Shown here: positions 15,460 to 24,068 of the stretch, one piece after another
How positions within the stretch are numbered: the first letter of the stretch is position 1
Layout of the letters: each line of letters begins with the position of its first letter
Assembly: GCA_034189385.1 (NCBI GenBank)
Contig: JAXHVD010000036.1
Coordinates: 1 to 24,068 of the forward strand
DNA from: Thermodesulfobacteriota bacterium
GTDB taxonomy: Bacteria; Desulfobacterota; Desulfobacteria; Desulfobacterales; C00003060
Length of the DNA stretch: 24,068 nt
Direction of reading: 5' to 3'
Program-made: the position numbers and the translations under genes
Notes under the pieces: generated by a model
Told to the model about the DNA's origin: nothing
Seen by the model: the letters and a program-made list of their open reading frames with translations, nothing else
The model's database searches: none

Positions 15460-16047
15460 ATGGTAAAGTACACGGGGATTAATCACTTGGCAATGGCCAC
15501 AAGGGACATGGATGGAACCATCCGCTTCTGGCGGGACCTGCTGGGCATGCGCCTGGTGGCCGGTCTTGGCAGGCCTGGATACAGGCACTATTTTTTCCAG
15601 ATATCGGAACACGACATGATCGCTTTTTTCGAATGGCCTGACGTGACCGAGGTCCCTGAAAAGGACCACGGGGTGCCTGTGAAAGGTCCCTTTGTCTTTG
15701 ACCACGTCTCTTTTGAGGTGGAGGGCGAAGAAGATCTCTGGACGCTCAAGGACAAACTGGAGGCCGCCGATATCTGGGTTTCAGAGATCATTGACCATGG
15801 CTTTATTCATTCCATCTATGCCTTTGATCCAAATAACATGGCCATCGAGTTCAGTGCCCCTGTGCCGGGGGTGGATGTGAGGAAAGTGCCGAAAATGAAG
15901 GACATTGAACCCACATCTGTCACCCGGGAAGGGTCGGAGCCCCAATCCGGACACTGGCCTGAGGTGACAGGGCCCACACCCGAAGACGAGCGCATGGTCT
16001 ACCCAGGAGAGGGCGTGGTTTGGAGAGAAGGTGACGACACGTGGTAA
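15460..16047 (+). CDS. VOC (glyoxalase/bleomycin-resistance) family protein
   Basis: GINHLAMAT..M..TIRFWRDLLGM...DHVSF...SIYAFDPN...IEF. Confidence 0.88.
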   Translation: MVKYTGINHLAMATRDMDGTIRFWRDLLGMRLVAGLGRPGYRHYFFQISEHDMIAFFEWPDVTEVPEKDHGVPVKGPFVFDHVSFEVEGEEDLWTLKDKLEAADIWVSEIIDHGFIHSIYAFDPNNMAIEFSAPVPGVDVRKVPKMKDIEPTSVTREGSEPQSGHWPEVTGPTPEDERMVYPGEGVVWREGDDTW

Positions 16048-16215
16048 GGGAGGTTATTCGCCCTGATTGTCCTTTCAAGGGTGGGCTCAGGTGTCATCCT
16101 CTTTGACGGTGGCCATGGCCTGCCCATGGTGGCCGAGGCTTGACCTGCCGTGATTGATGCTTAGCTTGTGCTGGAAGAAAGAAGCAGAGTTCATTTTAAA
16201 AAGGAGGCCTCTAAG

Positions 16216-16449
16216 ATGGGTAACTTGAGGTATTACATTCCAGGAATACTATTGATCATGATAGCCATCATGATCGTGGCCTTTCCTGAAATCCTCGTGG
16301 CCTTGGTGGCGGCGGCGATTATCATGGCAGGGATTGGTGCATTGGTCGTGGGTCACATGATCAGAAAGTCAGGGATGCATTTTCAAAACATGGATGGAGG
16401 GCCCTTTGACCATCGCCCGATGTTCAGATGGTGGCATAAGGATTCATAA
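16216..16449 (+). CDS. Small membrane protein
   Basis: AAGGAGG RBS; two hydrophobic segments. Confidence 0.7.
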   Translation: MGNLRYYIPGILLIMIAIMIVAFPEILVALVAAAIIMAGIGALVVGHMIRKSGMHFQNMDGGPFDHRPMFRWWHKDS

Positions 16450-16521
16450 TATCCTTTAGCCTTGTCTTCTTATAACACCCCTTCACAGGCGTGGGCCAAG
16501 CATAAGAGTTCTTTTGTGTGG

Positions 16522-16761
16522 TTATTTCTCTTTGTCTTTCATGCGACGTTTCCAATAGGCCATGAGGCCATCTTTGCCGAAGGAGACCTGGACAAGCTCC
16601 CAGCCTTCCCTACCCCTGTTGTTTAAGATACCCGTCAAGGTCCTGACCTGATCGTGAGAGACCTCGTCAAGGCTGCACTCGCCAGACTCGGAGCAGAAAT
16701 AGACGACCTTGTCAAAGGTCTCGGCTGAGTGCTGGGTAATTTCATATTCAAATCGTTTCAT
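16522..16761 (-). CDS. DUF4177-like small protein
   Basis: MKRFEYEI...LNNRGREGWELVQV......YWKR. Confidence 0.75.
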   Translation of the reverse strand: MKRFEYEITQHSAETFDKVVYFCSESGECSLDEVSHDQVRTLTGILNNRGREGWELVQVSFGKDGLMAYWKRRMKDKEK

Positions 16762-16810
16762 GGGTTCTCCTTGTCTCCTTCGCCTGTTGGTTCGGATCGT
16801 AACGGCAGGC

Positions 16811-18022
16811 CTACATCATATCCTTGTCACTCTCTGCCACTGCGCGATCGATCTCTGCCTTGAGCTGAGGCGGCAAGCCGGGGATATCTACAGTCAAGAA
16901 CCCCCGTACGATGGTAGCTGTGGCTTCATCTTCACTCAAGCCACGAGACATGAGATAGAGAATCTCATCCTGAGCGATCTTGCCCACGGCCGCTTCATGG
17001 GACATCTCCACCCCTTCTGCCTTGCCATTTAGTTCGGGTATAGCGTGAATGGACCCCCCATTTAGAATCAGGCCCCGGCACTCCAGGTGGGCCTTTACTC
17101 CTGGAAGCTCACCTACCAGGTCGCCACGGGCGATAATCTTCCCGCCGTTGCTGATGGTGCGGGCAATAATCTCGGCCCGCGTTTCAGGCTCTTTTAAAAA
17201 GATGCGACCGCCAACGTCCATTTCGGAATCCGGGCTCCCCACAAGGAGGCTGTAGAAGCGGGCCACTGCGCCCTTGCCGACGAGATGGGTGGTGGGGTAC
17301 ATTTGAAGCGATTTCACCGGTCTCATGCAAATGTAGTTGTTTAGAAAAAGGCCGCCTTCTTCAACCTGCCCAACCGATCTAGGGCGCACCATCATCTCCT
17401 CTGCCCAATTATGAATCATGGTAAAGCTCAGCTTGGCGTCTTTTTTGACGTAGAACTCGGAGATCCCCACATGGAGGCCCCCCTTCAGATGGGCAGCCGT
17501 GGCGCAGCCCGTGATGATGTGAAGCTCTGATCCTTCTTCGGCGATAATGAGATTGTGGACATTTTGACTGAGGCCTTCCTTTTCCAAATACAAACAGGCC
17601 TGGACAGGATAGATGACCTTGCTGCCGGGAAGGGCGCGGATCACATAGCCGTCGTGCAGTTCTAGTTGGGCCCTTGCCGTGTATTTGTCTGTATCCACAC
17701 TGACCAGCTTCCAGTAGTAGTCCTTCACCCAGTCGTATTGCTTCAGGGCTTCTTTGATGGGTATCACTTCCAGGCCCTCTTGTTTGGAATGGGCGTGGAT
17801 CACGGCAGAGTCTTTCTGAACGTATGTGCCGGCCCTGTCCTTCTCCTCCGTATCCACCCCTGCCAGGATCATCCGTTTCTTATCATCCTCTGACAGGGTG
17901 CCAAGCTCCGCCACGTAGTCATGGGCAACGGGTTCGCTTGCATATGCCCCAAGGTCAATATCCGGGCCCAGTCCTGCCTTCTTCTCCTTGGCCTCCATGG
18001 CCATTTCGTCTAGACTGCGCAT
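16811..18022 (-). CDS. sufB: SufB/SufD-family Fe-S assembly scaffold (SmsB-like)
   Basis: PVQACL, QNVHNLIIAEEGSELHIITGC, HLECRGL, AIPEL, MSHEAAVGKIA..EI.YLMSRGL; start ATG 18022 overlaps the end of sufC. Confidence 0.88.
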   Translation of the reverse strand: MRSLDEMAMEAKEKKAGLGPDIDLGAYASEPVAHDYVAELGTLSEDDKKRMILAGVDTEEKDRAGTYVQKDSAVIHAHSKQEGLEVIPIKEALKQYDWVKDYYWKLVSVDTDKYTARAQLELHDGYVIRALPGSKVIYPVQACLYLEKEGLSQNVHNLIIAEEGSELHIITGCATAAHLKGGLHVGISEFYVKKDAKLSFTMIHNWAEEMMVRPRSVGQVEEGGLFLNNYICMRPVKSLQMYPTTHLVGKGAVARFYSLLVGSPDSEMDVGGRIFLKEPETRAEIIARTISNGGKIIARGDLVGELPGVKAHLECRGLILNGGSIHAIPELNGKAEGVEMSHEAAVGKIAQDEILYLMSRGLSEDEATATIVRGFLTVDIPGLPPQLKAEIDRAVAESDKDMM

Positions 18023-18765
18023 CTTACACACTCCTCGTATCCCACTTGGCTGATACACTTGAAGATTTCCCCGGGGTTGCTCGTACAGGTGAGTTCACCC
18101 TGGAAGAGTACCTGACCCTTGTCGGCTGTCACATAGTCTAAGATGAATCCAGTATGCGTAATGATCAGCCCCATTTTGGTGCGTTCTTCGTGCAGTTCCT
18201 TCTGGGTTTTTTGTGCATTCACCTTAAAGTCCCGTTGCAGCAAGGAGCTGATGGAGTTTCCTATGAGGGAAATGTTTTCCAGGTCCACTCCTGACTCAGG
18301 CTCGTCAAAAAGCAACAGGTCTGCGTCCTGGGCCATCAACTGCAACAGTTCGGAGCGTTTGATCTCGCCGCCAGAAAAGCCGGCATTGATGTCCCGTTCG
18401 AGAAAATCAGAAAAGTTCACCCTCTTTGCCAAGGCCTCCGTATCTACATCCCCTCTTGCGCAGATATCGACCATCTGTCTTGTTTTTACGCCATTAATGG
18501 TGGGGGGGCGCTGGTAAGACATCCCGATGCCAAGTTGTGCCCGCTCGTTTACCGGCATATAGGTGATGTCTTCCCCTTTAAAGACAATTTTTCCTCCTGT
18601 GACCCTATATTGGGGATAACCCATAATGGTCATGAGTAGAGATGTCTTACCGGAGCCGTTTGGCCCAAATAAGATATGGGTCTCTCCTTGATGAATATCA
18701 AGATCTATGTGTTTTAAGATCTCCTTGTCCCCAAGCTTCACCTCCAAATCTTCAATGACTAACAT
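18010..18765 (-). CDS. sufC: SufC-type ABC ATPase (SmsC-like)
   Basis: GPNGSGKT, GFSGGEIKRSE, LFDEPESGVD, IITHTG, and C-terminal C..GYEECVRC. Confidence 0.9.
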   Translation of the reverse strand: MLVIEDLEVKLGDKEILKHIDLDIHQGETHILFGPNGSGKTSLLMTIMGYPQYRVTGGKIVFKGEDITYMPVNERAQLGIGMSYQRPPTINGVKTRQMVDICARGDVDTEALAKRVNFSDFLERDINAGFSGGEIKRSELLQLMAQDADLLLFDEPESGVDLENISLIGNSISSLLQRDFKVNAQKTQKELHEERTKMGLIITHTGFILDYVTADKGQVLFQGELTCTSNPGEIFKCISQVGYEECVRCAV

Positions 18766-18872
18766 CGTCGGTCTCCCCTTTTTCAGGTTTGTTTGCCTTA
18801 TTTCATATTTTTTGATATACTAAGTATTTGCCTCTTTCAAGGGCCAAGGCCATTTCCTTTGAAGGCGGGCAC

Positions 18873-19730
18873 CTATTTCTTCTTGATCCAGTCCTCGATT
18901 TCTGCTGCTTGAAAGGCCTCCTGCTGGACCATTAAATCCAGATTGATTACCAGCCCTGAATGCTTTTGGACCTCGCTGTCCTGTCTCAATGCCAGGTGGC
19001 GCTCAGGGGCTGATTGAAGGTCTTCCAATGCCCTTTTTAATGCCTGTCCTATGACTGTGCTCCTGTCGATCTTTCCGGCCTTAAAGGTGGGTGCCACGCC
19101 ATCTTCTGCGATATCTTCGGCAAAGTGCGCCAGCTGTTTCATTTTTTCCATGGCCTGATCCATGATGTTCCAGCCCAGGAGGTCCTCTTTTTGGAAGACC
19201 CAGGACGTACGCAGGTGCTGCAGCATCTCCGTGTATTTACTGGTGACTTCTGCCTGCAACTTGTTCAAGAGTTCCTCTGGCAACTCGCCTTGTTCTCCCG
19301 GAAGGCCTGCTGCCTCTTCAGGGCTCAGTTTGTCCAGTTTCCTCTGAAACTTACGGGCATGAATGGCGGACTCCCAGGCCTCTCTCTGGAGAACCCGTTT
19401 GATATGGGGGTCATCTACCTGCTCTGCTTCTTGGTTGTAATGGGGGATCAATTTTTCTTCGTATTCCACGTAGGACTTGAGGATAGTGGCCCGGCTCGTT
19501 GGATCAAAGGGGTAGGGCGCTATGGTGAAGTCGGGCTCGCCTCCCAATTTACCTATGATCATCCCGATCCAGTGGAAATGCCACATCTCCTCCCTGGAGA
19601 TGGAAATAAGGCTGGCCCCCAGAGGGGTGTCTTCTCCTTCCATCCAACCGTGGACAAGATAACGAATGATGGCCGCGTGCTCATCGGCCATATCTTTGTT
19701 GAGCATCTCAATTAGTGCCTGCTTTTCCAT
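18873..19730 (-). CDS. Ferritin/bacterioferritin-like protein with two tandem domains
   Basis: N-domain LNKDMADEHAAIIRY...EEMWH......I.KLGGEP...ESAIH, then a second, more degenerate helical-bundle repeat. Confidence 0.75.
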   Translation of the reverse strand: MEKQALIEMLNKDMADEHAAIIRYLVHGWMEGEDTPLGASLISISREEMWHFHWIGMIIGKLGGEPDFTIAPYPFDPTSRATILKSYVEYEEKLIPHYNQEAEQVDDPHIKRVLQREAWESAIHARKFQRKLDKLSPEEAAGLPGEQGELPEELLNKLQAEVTSKYTEMLQHLRTSWVFQKEDLLGWNIMDQAMEKMKQLAHFAEDIAEDGVAPTFKAGKIDRSTVIGQALKRALEDLQSAPERHLALRQDSEVQKHSGLVINLDLMVQQEAFQAAEIEDWIKKK

Positions 19731-19840
19731 CTAATACCTCCGCCGCAAGATGTGATGAAAATGAACGTTGGTCCCTAGAAAGGAGACTGGGAATTGATTC
19801 CCATGTCGATCAATGAAAAAGGGCTGTGGTACCGGCCATC

Positions 19841-20335
19841 TTAATCAACCCTAGAGAACGCCTTGGCTGTGGCGCCACAGACGGGGCACCTGTCAGGCGG
19901 TTCGCTTTCACATGTGTAGCCGCACACTGAGCACACATAGTAATCCGTCTCTTCCAGGGTTTCCAGATTGTCCAATGCCTTCTGGTAGAGGGCAGCGTGG
20001 ACCTTTTCCACCTCATTGGCATACGTGAACGTTCTCTCTGCCGCCTTGTTTTTCTCTTCCTGGGCTGCTTTGATCATGTCAGGATACATGCTCTTGAACT
20101 CGTGGGTCTCACCGGCAACGGCTTCCTTGAGGTTCTCCGCCGTGCTCTTCACGGTCCCGAGGGCCCTGAGATGGGCCAATGCATGGACCGTCTCGGCCTC
20201 AGCCGCTGCCCTAAAGAGCTTGGCCGCTTGTGGAAAACCTTCCTTGTCGGCCTGTTTGGCAAAGGCAAGGTATCTGCGGTTGGCCTGGGATTCTCCGGCA
20301 AACGCTTCCAGCAAGTTCTCTTCTGTTGGTGTCAT
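19841..20335 (-). CDS. rbr: Rubrerythrin
   Basis: TEENLLEAFAGESQANRRY, EAETVH, GETHEF..MYP, EVEKVH, CSVCG...CPVCG. Confidence 0.93.
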   Translation of the reverse strand: MTPTEENLLEAFAGESQANRRYLAFAKQADKEGFPQAAKLFRAAAEAETVHALAHLRALGTVKSTAENLKEAVAGETHEFKSMYPDMIKAAQEEKNKAAERTFTYANEVEKVHAALYQKALDNLETLEETDYYVCSVCGYTCESEPPDRCPVCGATAKAFSRVD

Positions 20336-20481
20336 CATCCATCTCCTTTCTTCCCTTTCTCTGCTTGCAGTCACCGCTCCGGGAAAGGGACGATTTGGGG
20401 TATGGTCAACCTATATGGGAGACTAAGGGCATTGCCCACTTTCTTCTTGGGCAGTGTTTGGCGGACGCTAATGACAATCGG

Positions 20482-20910
20482 CTACCCTCCCTGGACAAAC
20501 ACGTTATATACCCACCAGCCGCTTTTCACCTGTGTCAACGCCAAGATCACGGCCACAAGATTGTTCAAGCCATGAATCAGAGGAAGGGCCTTTCGTTTCC
20601 GCTTGTTACGGGCCATGTACAGACCCGACACCAGTCCAAAAACCACAAGGGGGAGCATGACTAGTGCGACTCTACCATGGGTCCCTGTAATAAAGAACCC
20701 ATGCCAGTAGAGATAAACCACGGTTGTCCCTGCGGCCATACCGACCAGCCATGTCCCTAGGGACACATACCCCAGGGTCACATGGCGCTTCCATCTAAAG
20801 GCCGTCTTTCTTCTGAGGTGGAGCGAGCCAAAGCGCCCGAGCCCCAAGTAGAGCGCATAGAGGGCCACGAGCGTGGCAGCACATTGTAAAATAGGATGGA
20901 GTATTAGCAA
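20482..20910 (-). CDS. Four-TM membrane protein, DUF4079 / cytochrome b561-like
   Basis: Four hydrophobic helices, each with a His (LHP, KRH, THG, IHG). Start uncertain; TTG 20910 follows a GAGG. Confidence 0.6.
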   Translation of the reverse strand: MLILHPILQCAATLVALYALYLGLGRFGSLHLRRKTAFRWKRHVTLGYVSLGTWLVGMAAGTTVVYLYWHGFFITGTHGRVALVMLPLVVFGLVSGLYMARNKRKRKALPLIHGLNNLVAVILALTQVKSGWWVYNVFVQGG

Positions 20911-20992
20911 GATACGCCTCTTGCCACACATAACTCGGTGTGGACCATGTTGGATTGAACAGGAAAAAGCGCCTTCCCCTGCCATGTGCCGG

Positions 20993-21541
20993 CTATTGAG
21001 CCGTCAGTCTAGCTCCTTTGCCGTCATCAAAACGTAGCGCAGCCGAATTAATGCAGTACCGAAGTCCCGTAGGGGGAGGTCCGTCATTAAAGACATGTCC
21101 CAGATGGGCGTCACATCTGTTACAAAGCACTTCCGTCCTCTTCATGAAGAGGCTGTTATCTGGGGCGGTCTTGACGTGGTGTTCTAATATGGGCTCCCAG
21201 AAACTTGGCCAACCAGTGCCAGAGTCGTACTTGGTTTGCGAGCTGAAAAGTGTCAAGTCACAACACACACATCGATATATCCCTTTTCCCTTGAAGTCGT
21301 GGTATCTGCCTGTAAATGGTCGCTCCGTTCCCTTTTCCCGGGTAATCTCGTATTGCTCTTTTGTGAGTATTTTCCGCCACGCCTCGTTGCTTTTCATTAT
21401 TTTTTCGGGCACATCTGCCTCCTTGTGAAGCGGGGGAACAGGAGTGCTATCCCATGACGCTCCTGTCGGTGCCTGAGTACCACAAAGCAGAAGAAGGACG
21501 AAGGTCAGGCAGACAGAAGGACCAGAGACCCTCGTTGGCAT
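20993..21541 (-). CDS. msrB: Peptide-methionine (R)-S-oxide reductase with N-terminal signal-like segment
   Basis: GTERPFTG, KYDSGTGWPSF, RTEV.C..C.AHLGHVF.DGP.PTGLRYCINS. Confidence 0.95.
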   Translation of the reverse strand: MPTRVSGPSVCLTFVLLLLCGTQAPTGASWDSTPVPPLHKEADVPEKIMKSNEAWRKILTKEQYEITREKGTERPFTGRYHDFKGKGIYRCVCCDLTLFSSQTKYDSGTGWPSFWEPILEHHVKTAPDNSLFMKRTEVLCNRCDAHLGHVFNDGPPPTGLRYCINSAALRFDDGKGARLTAQ

Positions 21542-21897
21542 AGCGCATCTCCTTATCCTATGAGGACGAAATCATGAGAGAAATCCAATGCCTATTTTAA
21601 ATAGATAATACCCTGATGTCATAAGTCAAGGCAAAAACCCCTCTGATCCGAACAAGGCCCTTGTCACCAGATGGGCACCGCCCCATGCTGAAGCCTTCAT
21701 AGCGCCACCGGGTCGCTATCTTGCCCTGAGAGAGACAGGGCCGTTGTCTAGGGGCTCTTCGTCTCAATGATCCTCCATTGAAGTTGGCCTCTCGTGTCAT
21801 GTCCCGGAAATGCTTAGTCCGCCCGGAACATAGCTTGAGGGCGGCACGTTACTTTTCAAAGGAACTTCTAGGACAGTACATTCGAAGGGCCCTGTCT

Positions 21898-22572
21898 CTA
21901 TCTGGCGTCAGGGTAATGGCGGGCCAGAGTGTGAGGAGGGTGGCCCATGTAGTACCGCATCATAAGGGACCAATTTCTCAGGGTGGTGAAGACGGCATTT
22001 TCCCTTTTCCATCGTCGCCCCGAAGTCCGTACCGAACCATGGGCCAACTGGAACCCACCTAGGTGATTTAATCGCCGAACCAGGTCTACGTCTTCCATCA
22101 CGGGCCAGTCTGGGAACCCGCCTGCCTGAAAATAGGCGTTTCTGCGGACAAAGAGGGCTTGATCTCCGTAGGGCATCTTTAAAAGACGGGTGCGGAGGTT
22201 GGCCATGGAGGCGATACAGGCCAGAACCGGTGAAGGGGCGTCAATCTCAAGACGGAAGGCGCCAAAGACAACGCCTGGCTTTTCCAGGGCCTGAGCGATG
22301 AGAGCTTCATATGCCATGGGAAGCTGGGTATCTGCGTGGAGGAAGAGGAGCACGCTTCCATGAGCTTGGCGGGCCCCTGCGTCTTGCTGGGGGCCGCGCC
22401 CCCTTGGAGCAGTCATCACACGAGATGTATATTGACGGGCTACCTCCACGGTCCCATCTTTGCTACCGCCATCTACCACGATGATTTCGTCAGATTGGCT
22501 CGATGGAAGTTGCAAGGTATCTCCCAACGTCTCAGCTTCATTGAGCACGGGAATGACGATTGACAGTTCCAT
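21898..22572 (-). CDS. GT2 glycosyltransferase (TIGR04283-like)
   Basis: SIVIPVLNE, VVDGGS.DGT, LLFLHADT, PYGDQALF, GGFP..P.MED, TS.RRW. Confidence 0.88.
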   Translation of the reverse strand: MELSIVIPVLNEAETLGDTLQLPSSQSDEIIVVDGGSKDGTVEVARQYTSRVMTAPRGRGPQQDAGARQAHGSVLLFLHADTQLPMAYEALIAQALEKPGVVFGAFRLEIDAPSPVLACIASMANLRTRLLKMPYGDQALFVRRNAYFQAGGFPDWPVMEDVDLVRRLNHLGGFQLAHGSVRTSGRRWKRENAVFTTLRNWSLMMRYYMGHPPHTLARHYPDAR

Positions 22573-22697
22573 AGAAAAACGGTAGCGTGTGGTTACTGGA
22601 TTGAAGGCGATTTTCCTTCTTGTCCAGGGTTATTGAAACACGTTGTTTGAAGACTGCGAGTTAAGGTTCATTGCCATGGACAGAAAGGACGGGTAGC

Positions 22698-22949
22698 ATG
22701 GAGATTCCTGTTAAGATCTTCACCCTTAGCACGTGCAGCCATTGCAAGGCCACGAAAAAGTTCCTGGACGAATGTCGGGTGCAATATGAATTCACGGACG
22801 TGGACCTGCTTGATGTGGAAGAACGGAAGGCTATTCTTGATGACGTGAGAAGATGGAACCCCCGGTGCTCCTTTCCTACCATCATCATTGGCGACAAGGT
22901 CGTGGTGGGACACAGAGAGGATGAAATCAAGGAGGCCCTAGGCTTATGA
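22698..22949 (+). CDS. Glutaredoxin / NrdH-like redoxin
   Basis: TLSTCSHC...K.FL, SFPT.II...VVG; AAGGA RBS. Confidence 0.88.
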   Translation: MEIPVKIFTLSTCSHCKATKKFLDECRVQYEFTDVDLLDVEERKAILDDVRRWNPRCSFPTIIIGDKVVVGHREDEIKEALGL

Positions 22950-23281
22950 ACGAGGTAGAGAAGCTATACGAGACGTTGAAGAAGGTTCAAGAACCTAAAG
23001 GCTACTATTTTAACAAGGACAAAGACAGGGTCCTTGAACTCCTTGAAGCCCTTCTTGTGAACAAGAAACGATACGGCTACATGTCCTGCCCTTGCAGATT
23101 GGCCTCAGGGGATCGAAAACAAGACGAAGACATCTTGTGCCCCTGCGTGTATAGGGTCCCTGATGTGGAAGCGTATGGGAGTTGCTACTGTAATCTTTAT
23201 GTGTCCAAGGCCTGGAACGACGACGAGACCACCCACGTCCACGTCCCAGAAAGTAGGCCACCTGAGAAGATGCCGTTCTAA
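22946..23281 (+). CDS. Ferredoxin:thioredoxin reductase catalytic subunit
   Basis: CPC...CPC...CYC motif set; ATGA overlap with the glutaredoxin gene. Confidence 0.9.
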   Translation: MNEVEKLYETLKKVQEPKGYYFNKDKDRVLELLEALLVNKKRYGYMSCPCRLASGDRKQDEDILCPCVYRVPDVEAYGSCYCNLYVSKAWNDDETTHVHVPESRPPEKMPF

Positions 23282-23335
23282 AGGACAGAGATCCCTGCAA
23301 GTCGGGAGAGGGCCCCGTGGATCTGAGAAAGGGGC

Positions 23336-23665
23336 CTAATGATGCCCGCCAGAGGAATGGCCGCCGGCAATGACATAGACGGCCTCTGCGTCGTTCATGT
23401 TCTCCAGCTGGCTCGTTTCTTCTCCGATCAGATGCATCGCCTGGCCTTCCTTGATCGTCCCCGTGACATGGCCGGTCACCAAAAAATCCCCCTTGATGGC
23501 AAGAAAGAGTTCTTCGTGGCCCTTACCCGGTTTGAGGTCCCGACCCTTTTCTTTGGGCTTCATCGTGCCGTAAATCAAGTAACAGGCGTGGCTGCCTGTT
23601 TGTTCGGCACCTAGGATGTACTCTTCCGAATCGCCTACTTCCCCCTTTACGTCGAATAGTCTCAT
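23336..23665 (-). CDS. Cupin-like hypothetical protein
   Basis: HACYLIYG...PG.GHEE; beta-rich pattern; start ATG 23665 or 23692. Confidence 0.65.
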   Translation of the reverse strand: MRLFDVKGEVGDSEEYILGAEQTGSHACYLIYGTMKPKEKGRDLKPGKGHEELFLAIKGDFLVTGHVTGTIKEGQAMHLIGEETSQLENMNDAEAVYVIAGGHSSGGHH

Positions 23666-24068
23666 AGGGTTCCCCTTTTTTTGTCTCCTCATAGAGAGCC
23701 AAGAAGGAAAAAGCTGTCAGTTATTCTGAAGACGAATCTGGTGTTCGGTCGGATCTTCATTCCATGGATCCCTAAAGGATATACGCCGGTCATTGAGGCG
23801 AATGAGGCTCATTTTGGATTAAACAAGATTGTTGCCGTCAATGCGCTTGGTCAAGTGAAGTTCATGATTGTTCAAGCACGATCGAAGCCCATCCGTGTGC
23901 CTATCAAATAAGGGGCTACCTTATCTCCACCTTTGTCCCTCAGATTAATTCCAATCAAAATTTGGTTGCGTCAAAATAATATCGCAGTCTAAATTCTAAT
24001 CGGTAGTCATTTCGCTTTTCACCATATTCCGTGTCCCTTTGCCCGACAATGAAGCCTGCCTTCAATCG

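Noticed and set aside
802..23911. Numerous antisense or overlapping ORFs in the track (e.g. 802-1356, 5349-5885, 12024-12539, 19125-19715, 19997-20575, 23681-23911)
   Set aside because: They are shadows of well-supported genes, or lack an RBS and recognisable motifs.

Overview
Bacterial window; the gene content suggests an anaerobic Desulfobacterota/deltaproteobacterium (inference). It has two halves. (1) About 1-11.8 kb is an accessory island. It holds two integrase-less runs of integron-like cassettes with attC sites on the minus strand. Run B (about 130-2950) carries HEPN-like, DUF4062 and Abi-alpha/DUF4393 genes. Run A (about 7660-11280) carries vapBC, parD-relE, a second vapBC, dgkA, DUF3024 and a small membrane protein. 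The island also has a higBA operon, a nonsense-interrupted ORF6N gene, C-terminal remnants of GxxExxY and four-helix-bundle genes, and short tandem repeats. The most unusual feature is a ~200-bp non-coding module present three times (4345-4536, 6564-6762, 11592-11800), each upstream of a block of defence or toxin-antitoxin (TA) genes. On the minus strand it reads: upstream motif(s), sigma70-like promoter, RBS, an ATG-(C/A)AC-stop minigene, and an intrinsic terminator with a competing hairpin. It looks like a translation-coupled attenuator or sRNA that I cannot assign to a known family. (2) About 12-24 kb is ordinary core metabolism and redox-stress DNA: cooC, a Cys-rich metal protein, an FAD oxidoreductase, a VOC protein, sufC/sufB-like genes (SMS type), a ferritin-like protein, rubrerythrin, msrB, a GT2 glycosyltransferase, glutaredoxin and ferredoxin:thioredoxin reductase. 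One foldback MITE-like element lies in this half. All family calls come from motif recognition by eye, with no database search.
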